Below, in pieces: positions 18,364-26,734 of a DNA stretch of 64,000 bases (positions are counted from its first letter, which is position 1; each line of letters starts with the position of its first letter). The stretch lies in the sequence record NC_042018.1, one strand, 5' to 3'. The position numbers were made by a program, and so were the translations under genes. The notes beneath the pieces are model-generated. The model was given only the letters and a program-made list of their open reading frames with translations, was not told the DNA's origin and made no database searches.

Positions 18364-20547
18364 ATGGCTAAACTTATTACCGGTAAAGTGAATGGCGGAG
18401 CTAACCTCTTCCACGCTATTCGCTCCTCTCTTTCTCAGGGAACTCTGGGCACCATCCAGGGCACTGAAGGTTACGGTAGCTTCGCTTCTGCACTGGATAT
18501 GGTTTCCGGTCAAGAAGGCGCCGCGCTGAAATCTCAACTGTCCCAACTGAACGCGTCTAACTTCGACGCTTTCGCAGGCGCACTGCGCCGTAAAGGTACT
18601 CCGGCGAGTACTGAAGTCGAATTCCGTGATGCAATCGCTAACTTTAGCGCGCTGGCCGGTAACGAAGGCTTCTCTCTGCAGAACGAAAAAGGTTCCGAGC
18701 AGGACATCAAAGCTGTCAACCTGACTCTGAACGCCCAATCTCACCGTCAGACTGCCGCCGCTGAAGCGCTGTTCAAAACCATCACCGTTAACTACGAAGA
18801 CGATGGCGCTGAGCTGGTTGTTCGTGCTGCTGGTCTGGGTAACTACGTTTACGGCGCGTCTGCATGGCAGTCCGCTTCTGAGCTGCGTCCGATCTTCGGT
18901 CTGCTGCGTACCGGCGAAATGTTCAAAGATGAAGTCCTGGCTCTGTATCCGGTCTACCCGACTGATGCCAACGACGACAACCGCGAGCTGTTCGCTGAAG
19001 CTTCCTTCACTCCGGTGAAAGACGCAACCTATCCGCAGGGTGATGCCTACGGCCGCCAGGGTCACAAAACCCAGCAGCTGAAAGTGCCGGTTGTGGTTCC
19101 TAACCTGCTGGGTCTGTGCCAGGCTCCGGGTCAGCGCGCGTGGACTTCCACCGACGAGATCGAATCTAACTCCATCACTGTACGTCAGGTTGGCGTGACT
19201 GCGAAAATCGGCGCTGCCGGTAGCACCACCGATGCTAACTTCTTCATCAACACCGGCTCCATGTCCAACAACACCTTCGGTCCGCTGTCCACTGGTCAGT
19301 CTTCCGACGATCGTGGTCTGAACGCTCACATCCGTGATCTGCCAGCCTTCTCTGTTGTTGACAAAGACGGTAACCCGGTTGGCGAAACTCTGTTCGCAGA
19401 CTGGAAAGCTGCTGGGTACGAGCCGATGCTGACTCTGACCCTGGGCGGTAACTTCCAGCGCCAGACCAACGAACTGCGTCTGAACCCGGGTTCTGTGACC
19501 ATCACCGCTCTGCGTGATATCCCGACCGGTAACGTCATCAGCATCGGTAAAGCCGACGCGACTACCAAGCCGCTGTTCAAACGTCTGACCGCGGGTGTTG
19601 TAGCTTCTGCACTCCTGACCTTCAACGTCAGCAACACCTCTAACGGCAACTTCGGTTACCGCATCGAAGTTTACGATGCGCGTAAACACCTGTCCGTTCG
19701 CCGTCGCTCTCCGGTATCTGTTAAGTACCCGGTCAGCAAAGATGACGTCAACTCTGAATCCCTGGATTACGCAATCCAGCAGATGTCTGTTGTCATCAAC
19801 AACCAGTGCTCCAAAGACGCGTTCGATGAAGCTGAAAAGCACCTCGAGTACATCACCAGCATCAACAACACGCCGGTCGTAGGTAACCACCAGGGTTCCA
19901 ACATCCTGCCTGGCCAGCATTTCGTCACTGCAACTGCCGTTAATCGTAAGCTGAAACTGGCTGACGTAGTTTCTGCTGTTGGCAACAACGAAATCTTCGA
20001 TGCGGTTTGTGCAGCTATCATCAACGAAGTGGCAGACATCACTGCTGCGCTGAACACCAAATCCGGCCTGGCAGCGATTTCCGAATACGGCAACGTTGAC
20101 AAACTGGACTGGACCGTGGTCACTCACCAGAACCTGGCTCGTTTCTTCATCCGTTCTGGCGACGCGCGCACCATCGGTGGTTGGGATTCCATCAAAGTTG
20201 AAGCGACTAACTTCGACTCCATGATCGGTAAAATCCTGATCGTTCCGCGTAACACCTCCAACGACGATTCCATCAACCCGCTCGGCGGCATTGGTGTGAA
20301 CATCTCTAAAGAGAACATCGTTGTTCAGGGTAACGTGACTCGTGACCAGCAGGACTTCGGCGTCGTGATGACCATGCCGACCTACCGCCACTGGCCAATC
20401 TGCCCGGTAATCGGTTCTCTGATTATCGAAGATGCCGATAAACTGCTGACCGACGAAGGTCTGATTTCTCAGCTGGCTAAACTGCGCGTGCAGGTTGCTA
20501 ACGCTGCTGACATCGGCACCGGTGCAGGTACTGACCCAAACGCTTAA
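18364..20547 (+). CDS. Major capsid protein (phiKZ gp120-like)
   Basis: 727 aa with extreme codon optimisation. The N-terminal propeptide has G-X-E sites (QGTEG, SGQEG, AGNEG). It lies between the helicase and the nvRNAP subunit. Confidence 0.85.
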   Translation: MAKLITGKVNGGANLFHAIRSSLSQGTLGTIQGTEGYGSFASALDMVSGQEGAALKSQLSQLNASNFDAFAGALRRKGTPASTEVEFRDAIANFSALAGNEGFSLQNEKGSEQDIKAVNLTLNAQSHRQTAAAEALFKTITVNYEDDGAELVVRAAGLGNYVYGASAWQSASELRPIFGLLRTGEMFKDEVLALYPVYPTDANDDNRELFAEASFTPVKDATYPQGDAYGRQGHKTQQLKVPVVVPNLLGLCQAPGQRAWTSTDEIESNSITVRQVGVTAKIGAAGSTTDANFFINTGSMSNNTFGPLSTGQSSDDRGLNAHIRDLPAFSVVDKDGNPVGETLFADWKAAGYEPMLTLTLGGNFQRQTNELRLNPGSVTITALRDIPTGNVISIGKADATTKPLFKRLTAGVVASALLTFNVSNTSNGNFGYRIEVYDARKHLSVRRRSPVSVKYPVSKDDVNSESLDYAIQQMSVVINNQCSKDAFDEAEKHLEYITSINNTPVVGNHQGSNILPGQHFVTATAVNRKLKLADVVSAVGNNEIFDAVCAAIINEVADITAALNTKSGLAAISEYGNVDKLDWTVVTHQNLARFFIRSGDARTIGGWDSIKVEATNFDSMIGKILIVPRNTSNDDSINPLGGIGVNISKENIVVQGNVTRDQQDFGVVMTMPTYRHWPICPVIGSLIIEDADKLLTDEGLISQLAKLRVQVANAADIGTGAGTDPNA

Positions 20548-20605
20548 TCCCTTCAACCAACTACGGTCGTCTGGGTTAAACTCAGGTTAGTACCGGTTGA
20601 AGGGA
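20548..20605 (+). other. Structured 3' UTR stem-loop after the capsid stop codon
   Basis: TCCCTTCAACC (20548-58) pairs with GGTTGAAGGGA (20595-605) and encloses CTGGGT-TAA-ACTCAG. Confidence 0.55.
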
Positions 20606-20629
20606 CTTCCCGCGTTTGATAAGTGATAT

Positions 20630-20672
20630 CCTCTACCCCCTCCCTTAACGGGGAGGTGGGTAGGGTTTATTA
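20630..20672 (+). terminator. Rho-independent terminator of the capsid transcript
   Basis: CCTCTACCCCCTCCC-TTAAC-GGGGAGGTGGGTAGGG-TTTATT. Confidence 0.7.
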
Positions 20673-20703
20673 CGCAACTTTACTTTCCACAATATATTTT
20701 TAA

Positions 20704-20720
20704 ACCTACATTATTAGAGA
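20704..20720 (+). promoter_or_regulatory. Putative phage promoter motif
   Basis: ACCTACATTATTAG is identical over 14 nt to 51975-51988. Confidence 0.55.
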
Positions 20721-20783
20721 GACTAACCCAATTATTGTTTAGCAATCAGTAGGCCACTGGTTGTTCTTTTGAGGTACCTCTCT

Positions 20784-21914
20784 ATGACATTAGATCATAA
20801 TGACCACACTAACCCTATTTTCAGTTGGGTGGTGGTAAACAAAACCAATGAAAGCTTGTCGGCAAAATCTCGGGGTGGGTTTGAATACATCATTCCGTCG
20901 ATTAACCGTGAGCGTGTAGTACACGATGGTGAAGTGAAGCTTATCGTGGAGTACAAGAATGTCTACATTGACCGGATAGCCTTCAACAAGTCTCAAGCAT
21001 GCACCAAGCTGGACAAAACGTTGATTGACTTACTGGAAGCTCGCCGTCAAGTCATGCTCAATAATGAGTACCTTAACCGCAGCATGGTACAAACCATCAG
21101 CGTTGGGGTTATCCTCAAGACGGACCATGTCGAAAACGACGACGGTGTACACAGTGACATCTTGGGTGTAAGCTTCTTCATGGACAACAACCTGTCTCGT
21201 CAAACCTCTGTGGGTATTCCGAAAGGCACCCCCACCTCCATCAACAACAAACTGATGTGGGAAGAGAATTACGAGGGTGTGTTGCCGGATGCATCTGAAT
21301 CAGTACGGGAACGCTGTATGACCGCAGAAACGCGTTTAACAGTGTTATATAACGACCCAACCAATATATTTAGTGGACTGTGGATGAACATACTGGGACA
21401 AGCCCGGTTAATCAATCGTACCCGTACCACAGACATCCAGCCAGGGCTGTATATCACCTACCGCTCTGGGTTAAGTAATAATGAACTGATTGAACGATAC
21501 TATAGTTTCGACCAGCTTAATGACAAAGCTTTGGAAGAAATGGGAATCTTTCTCAGCAAAGAAGAAGCACAGAAAGGGGGTAATACTGAACGGTATTTAC
21601 AAGCAGAAGCGACAATCAAATCGCTCAGTCAAAACATTGTTGGCTACCGTAAAGAAATCGCACAGCTTAATGATAAAAACAGCAATTTAACAAAAGACCT
21701 TAATAAAGAGGAAACCACCAACCTGAGATTAGCAGCTGAAATTGCTTTCCTGAAACAGGATTCTCGATTAAAGGACCGAGAACAGAAAATAGCGATAGAG
21801 ACTATCAAAGGAGCAAACAAGCCGAACAACACGGCGAGCTTTGTTGATATCTGTAAGGGAGTCGGCCTGTTAACCACAGCGGGGGTAACTGTTTATAAAG
21901 TATTCGCTACGTAA
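20784..21914 (+). CDS. Hypothetical protein with C-terminal coiled coil and hydrophobic tail
   Basis: ATG at 20784 follows gagg. A heptad-rich segment at aa ~280-340 is followed by VDICKGVGLLTTAGVTVYKVFAT. Confidence 0.65.
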   Translation: MTLDHNDHTNPIFSWVVVNKTNESLSAKSRGGFEYIIPSINRERVVHDGEVKLIVEYKNVYIDRIAFNKSQACTKLDKTLIDLLEARRQVMLNNEYLNRSMVQTISVGVILKTDHVENDDGVHSDILGVSFFMDNNLSRQTSVGIPKGTPTSINNKLMWEENYEGVLPDASESVRERCMTAETRLTVLYNDPTNIFSGLWMNILGQARLINRTRTTDIQPGLYITYRSGLSNNELIERYYSFDQLNDKALEEMGIFLSKEEAQKGGNTERYLQAEATIKSLSQNIVGYRKEIAQLNDKNSNLTKDLNKEETTNLRLAAEIAFLKQDSRLKDREQKIAIETIKGANKPNNTASFVDICKGVGLLTTAGVTVYKVFAT

Positions 21915-21932
21915 AAGTCGGAGATCCCATCG

Positions 21933-23588
21933 ATGGACCCAAAACTCTGGTCTCGTGTTGATACGAGCATGCCGCGATTTAATCCTGTAATCACGTCCGG
22001 GTTTCATCAGAAAGAGTGTGAGAATGGTGTGCACTTCTATGATTATTGCTTGCGTTTGATCTTTAAGAACATCGAACGTAAAGGGGTATTCTTTAAAGGG
22101 GTAACCCGTGTGCCACCAAAAGAGTTCGTGGAGTACCTGCAACGAACCAGTCACAAAGTCGCGGAAATTCATAAAGAGACACTGTATCCGGTGCGTCTCA
22201 ACTTTGAATATCGTGACAAAGCCGGTCGTATTGTTCCGCTGAACCCTGTGTACATGATGCTGCCTTATTGTGATATTTACGGGGATACATACCTGCGTAA
22301 CACACAGTACAGCTTCCAGGTGGTCTTAGCAGAACGCGGCCTGCCCGTTACTAAAGAAGAAGCTATCTTCGTGAAAGTGCTGGGTTTCAAATTCAAAATT
22401 GGAACTGAGTACTTCAAGTATGACCGCATCTTCAACGAAACGTCGAACAACATGGCAAGAACGCTGGACATCAACTTACCGTCCAACCGTTTCTACAGTC
22501 CGTCTGAAGCACGCAAGATCAAAGACAACAAAACTCCCATTCCTTTATTGGCATGGTACGTATTTGCTGAAATGGGCTTTTCCAAGGCCATGGAGCAGTA
22601 CGGTGAGTGTGAGTATGAGATCGGTGCACCAGAAGCCATTACGGATGAGTGTAAAGCTGATAGCCGCTGGGAAATTATTACGCGCAGTAGCAGTACTAAT
22701 ACCAAGCGTCTGGGCGAATTCATTCCGCATGACTTAGCCATCGGCGTTCGTAACAAGAATGAACGACGTAAAGAACTTTCCATTATGGGATTACAGTATG
22801 CCACCGCGCTGCTGTACGTCATTGACTGCTTGCCGTCGTATTTCGACATTGAGCGCATTGACGATCCTGATTATTGGAAGCTGATTATTGGCCGGTGTTC
22901 GGTAAAACCTGGAGACAGCAACGAGTACATCATGCGCTTGATGCATGAGCACTTTGACTCCATGGACGAATACCTCGACGAGGATTCCATTAAGAAGTTT
23001 GCTAGTCAGTCTATCGTGGTCTCTAACATGTTCGATTTGTTCAACTACATCATTGCTAACCGCAGTGAGATTGTTCAAACAACTGATAGAGCTTCAATGT
23101 TCCATAAGGAAATTGCGAGCCTGGAGTTCGTCCTTGATAAACTGATCACTGCAGCAAACCAATTCAGACACGACATCAAAAATAACTCCGAACTGAGCCT
23201 CAATAAGGTTAACCGCCTCCTGACATCCAACTTCCGTATTAAAGAGATCGACAACGCCCGTACAGCGAACTTGATCCAGGAAGCAACGCCGACCGACAAT
23301 CCATTTGTCGATTACATGTTGGGTTGTATGCCGCAACACAAGGTCTACACCAATGGCATGAAAGGGAAAGGTAATAAAGATTTTGATCCAAACGATTCAG
23401 CGACAATTACCCACGCATCACTCGCGTTTGTTAACAGCTTCCAACGTGTAACCAAACCCGGGCCGGATACGAGGGACTTCCTGAATCCGTGCGTGTTTTT
23501 GGTGAATGATCGCTTTACCGCTCTGAACCCTGAGCGCCGCGAGCTGTATGAAGCCACAGACAAGCGCCTTAAAAATAGAGAGAGTTAA
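21933..23588 (+). CDS. Non-virion RNA polymerase, split beta subunit N-terminal part (phiKZ gp123-like)
   Basis: 551 aa just downstream of the capsid gene, matching phiKZ/SPN3US synteny. It has MPRFN, YMMLPYC and FQVVLAERG segments recalled from this family. Confidence 0.7.
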   Translation: MDPKLWSRVDTSMPRFNPVITSGFHQKECENGVHFYDYCLRLIFKNIERKGVFFKGVTRVPPKEFVEYLQRTSHKVAEIHKETLYPVRLNFEYRDKAGRIVPLNPVYMMLPYCDIYGDTYLRNTQYSFQVVLAERGLPVTKEEAIFVKVLGFKFKIGTEYFKYDRIFNETSNNMARTLDINLPSNRFYSPSEARKIKDNKTPIPLLAWYVFAEMGFSKAMEQYGECEYEIGAPEAITDECKADSRWEIITRSSSTNTKRLGEFIPHDLAIGVRNKNERRKELSIMGLQYATALLYVIDCLPSYFDIERIDDPDYWKLIIGRCSVKPGDSNEYIMRLMHEHFDSMDEYLDEDSIKKFASQSIVVSNMFDLFNYIIANRSEIVQTTDRASMFHKEIASLEFVLDKLITAANQFRHDIKNNSELSLNKVNRLLTSNFRIKEIDNARTANLIQEATPTDNPFVDYMLGCMPQHKVYTNGMKGKGNKDFDPNDSATITHASLAFVNSFQRVTKPGPDTRDFLNPCVFLVNDRFTALNPERRELYEATDKRLKNRES

Positions 23589-23590
23589 TA

Positions 23591-26131
23591 ATGTCTTCTA
23601 TGATCACACCACGCAACGTCAGCGTACCCGGCGTGCAAGTTCCAGCCATGGATCCTAATGCCGGGGGACAGCGTATGTTGATGCCCGGTAGTCAGACCCA
23701 ACAACCTCAAGACCCTCTGTATGCGCTACGCAACATGTTCTCGAGTTCGTCGGGAGCTGGGGCGGTAACTGGTGTAGACTGGGGGCGTTATGACAGTCCG
23801 GGTTACGATGATCCCGCTCTCCGTGAAATCATCGCCAGCGGTAGCAGCATTGATGAGAACAGTACGCAGTATTACATCTCCCGTATAGCGCATGCGATGG
23901 GTGCATTCGTGCAGCAGGTTTCGATGCGCAACGGGCTGTTTTATCAGTGGTACATGCAAACCGTCGAAACGTTCAAGCTGGACGAGCAGGGCAACCGTTG
24001 TCCAATAGCTGAACAGTTCGTTGAGTTCTTCAAGAAGCGCCCAGAAATCACTGTAATCGTTGCTCGCAACGCCGCGGTTATGTTTGGGTACGAAGGTATC
24101 TCCCGCATGAAACAACGCAATGTCGATGCTCTGGATGCTCGTGAGTATGGTCAGTGTGTGGAAGTGGGGGTACGGTTTATCCTGTTCTTGGAAATGATCT
24201 CGTGGTTAACCAAAACGGCTCAGGGTCAGTCACTGGCTCAGAACCTACCACCTTCTTTCCGGGCCCGTGTTGATAAACTCGATCCGTATAAGGAGTTCGC
24301 GCAAACTGTTTTTATGCAGTTCAACTTGCCGTTCCCTTATGAAAACCTGATCTTCGAAGTTAAGACGCCGGTAGCATCAGGCTATCAGTTTGCTCAGGTT
24401 CCGGCCATGTATGAATCCGACTACGGGTTCACCACTGCTCCCGCTCCAGCGGCGCAAGTGCGTCAGATTAATGACGGGTACGGTAACAGCATTACCATGG
24501 AAGAAACGGCGCGTCTGCAGTCCCTGTGCTACAAACTGCATTTCCGTTCTCACCAGGAAGTCCTGAACTTCGAGAATCAAATCCAACGTCGTATCAACCC
24601 ACTGAACCCGCAAGACGTTCAGATGGCAATTGCGACCCGTAACCAACATTTATCTCAGGAGGACCAAGTAACGTCTCCGTACGCCTCTGCGCCTCAACGC
24701 GATGCATTTACCGACATGTATGCGATTCAGGACCTGCGCTCTGACTTTGCCAATATCACCGTTCAGAACCGTGATGCCTTTGACTGGCGAGCTCAGTTTG
24801 TCTTTACGGGACAACCTAATAAATACCTAATTAAGGATGAAGTTTGGCAACACATTAAGCGCGCGTTGCGCAAAGCTGACCCCAAAGAGATTGAAGAATC
24901 CATGTGGGGTGCGTACTGTTACCGAGTAGTTGTAGTCGATTTGCAGTATCCCGACAAAGATGGTTACCATTCGTATCTCGTCAGAGATAAGGCACGGAGG
25001 TTTACCCAGATGCAAACTTTCACCGACCCGGCGAAGTGCTTACCGGAACTTGAAGCAGATGACAACGGCAACGTTGTTGTAGCAAACACCGTCAAAGTAA
25101 ACGACATCATTCCGGAGAACGATCTGTCGTCGTTCATTATCCCGGCCAACGAAGTCAAAACCCTGGAAGGCACGGTACCGGTTATCGTGAACACCGATCC
25201 AGTGGCCAGTAATAATCACCACAGCATCAAGCAGACTATCGCAGCCATCAACGGCCGTCTGACCAATCCGCTTGAGCAACTCAACGCAACGTCTATGGAC
25301 GTCGCCGCGCTGGAAGAATTCCACTGCAGCAACGAATCCACCAAGGCCCGCCTGTTAGAGCTGTTGCCGTTCCTGTTTGACGACAACTACTTTGATCTGG
25401 TGGCGATGTCTTATGCAGAAGCTATCGAGTATATCGAGAAGACGCTGCGTTACGAAAACATCGAAGAAGAAGTTTCGCGCTTTATCCGTTTCAAGCTGAC
25501 CCAGGACTTCAACAACTTCCTGGTTAACGGCGTTGGGTTTAACCCGGTCCCGGGCGGAGAGAACCATCTCTCCAGTTCAGATATTCTTTCCGACATCCAT
25601 GAGGTGCTGGAACTGTTTGAGCGTAATGACAAATCGCTCTACGAGTATCTGACCAACAAGAAATACCGCTCGTCGCTGCTGCGCAAAATGTGCATGTTCA
25701 CAGTCGACGAAGTGGAGTACGAAGAAGTGGAAGTGATCGAAACCGATGAAGAGTCGGGCAAAGAAGTCAAAGTCATGAAGTCTATGCCGGTCAAACTTCC
25801 GCCGGTGGAACAGCTGAAGCTGGATACCACACTCAACGTGTGTAACCGCATTCACTTTACCACCATTAACCGTACGCCGAGCCCAATGTGGCAAGAGCAT
25901 GCAACGGTGACCATCAAGCGGTCGAACTTCCCGGAAATCTTTGCCATGGTAGAAGATGGCTTTAAGCAGACCTACGGAGACGACGCGGAGTTCCAGGAGC
26001 TGGATAAAGTTGTGCGCTTTGCTCACGACGACAACTACTGGTTGTTCACCACGTCGGTTTACGACAAGAACGTTGCACTGCTTCGCCACATGCCACAGGA
26101 CTCTGACCTGTTCATGCTGGAATTCAATTAA
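23591..26131 (+). CDS. Large conserved hypothetical protein
   Basis: 846-aa ORF coupled to the RNAP subunit gene. No recognisable catalytic motif. Confidence 0.65.
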   Translation: MSSMITPRNVSVPGVQVPAMDPNAGGQRMLMPGSQTQQPQDPLYALRNMFSSSSGAGAVTGVDWGRYDSPGYDDPALREIIASGSSIDENSTQYYISRIAHAMGAFVQQVSMRNGLFYQWYMQTVETFKLDEQGNRCPIAEQFVEFFKKRPEITVIVARNAAVMFGYEGISRMKQRNVDALDAREYGQCVEVGVRFILFLEMISWLTKTAQGQSLAQNLPPSFRARVDKLDPYKEFAQTVFMQFNLPFPYENLIFEVKTPVASGYQFAQVPAMYESDYGFTTAPAPAAQVRQINDGYGNSITMEETARLQSLCYKLHFRSHQEVLNFENQIQRRINPLNPQDVQMAIATRNQHLSQEDQVTSPYASAPQRDAFTDMYAIQDLRSDFANITVQNRDAFDWRAQFVFTGQPNKYLIKDEVWQHIKRALRKADPKEIEESMWGAYCYRVVVVDLQYPDKDGYHSYLVRDKARRFTQMQTFTDPAKCLPELEADDNGNVVVANTVKVNDIIPENDLSSFIIPANEVKTLEGTVPVIVNTDPVASNNHHSIKQTIAAINGRLTNPLEQLNATSMDVAALEEFHCSNESTKARLLELLPFLFDDNYFDLVAMSYAEAIEYIEKTLRYENIEEEVSRFIRFKLTQDFNNFLVNGVGFNPVPGGENHLSSSDILSDIHEVLELFERNDKSLYEYLTNKKYRSSLLRKMCMFTVDEVEYEEVEVIETDEESGKEVKVMKSMPVKLPPVEQLKLDTTLNVCNRIHFTTINRTPSPMWQEHATVTIKRSNFPEIFAMVEDGFKQTYGDDAEFQELDKVVRFAHDDNYWLFTTSVYDKNVALLRHMPQDSDLFMLEFN

Positions 26132-26142
26132 TTGAAAACCAT

Positions 26143-26190
26143 TACTCCTACCTCCTTAACGGGAGGTAGGAGTATATTACTTTATTTTTT
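26143..26190 (+). terminator. Rho-independent terminator
   Basis: TACTCCTACCTCC-TTAACG-GGAGGTAGGAGTA followed by a T tract. Confidence 0.8.
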
Positions 26191-26209
26191 AAGTTATAGT
26201 TCATTTCAA

Positions 26210-26232
26210 GTCTATATAACTTGGGTGAATAA
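26210..26232 (+). promoter_or_regulatory. Putative phage promoter
   Basis: GTCTATATAACTTGGGTGAATAA is identical at 20 of 23 positions to 63136-63158. TATATTAC, the phiKZ early-promoter core, is at 26173-26180. Confidence 0.6.
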
Positions 26233-26295
26233 ATGAATAAGAAATTCATTATTCTTAACCTAACATAACCACATTTAAATTAATGAGGAACTATC

Positions 26296-26667
26296 ATGAC
26301 TACTTCTAACAACAACAACTCTTACAACAACACTGCTGACCGTGACTTCATGAACAGCAACAATTCTGGCTATGCACGTATCGCTGGTTTCGGTGGCGTT
26401 GCTCTGGCAGCTGGCCTGGGCATCTATGGCGGTAAAGACGTGGCGAGCGTAGTGATTGGTGCTGGCGTTGGCGGTGCTTATGCTTACCTGGTAGGCGGCA
26501 TGGCTGATGGTATCGCACCATTTGCAGGTAAAGGCGGTCGCATCTGCCTGGCTACTTTAGTAGCTGCTGGCGGCTTCGCACTGACAGCTGACATGATTCG
26601 CATGTGCGAACAACTGACTACTGATGTAGCCGGTAACGAAGGCGTTGCTGCTGACCCGCTGTTCTAA
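26296..26667 (+). CDS. Small Gly/Ala-rich membrane protein with Asn-rich N-terminus
   Basis: MTTSNNNNSYNN followed by 2-3 hydrophobic GxxxG-rich segments. RBS gagga. It forms a standalone unit with its own promoter and terminator. Confidence 0.7.
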   Translation: MTTSNNNNSYNNTADRDFMNSNNSGYARIAGFGGVALAAGLGIYGGKDVASVVIGAGVGGAYAYLVGGMADGIAPFAGKGGRICLATLVAAGGFALTADMIRMCEQLTTDVAGNEGVAADPLF

Positions 26668-26673
26668 TACAGA

Positions 26674-26703
26674 ACTCCTGCTACCCTCATGGGTAGCAGG
26701 AGT
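26674..26703. terminator. Bidirectional terminator
   Basis: ACTCCTGCTACCC-TCAT-GGGTAGCAGGAGT between convergent genes. Confidence 0.75.
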
Positions 26704-26734
26704 AATCTGGTTAACTACTTATTTTTTTTTTCAC

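Noticed and set aside
18310-20556. 748-aa antisense ORF spanning the capsid gene
   Set aside because: It is codon-aligned with the capsid gene. Antisense stops would require sense TTA/CTA/TCA codons, which this highly expressed gene avoids. It is a shadow ORF with no RBS or motifs.
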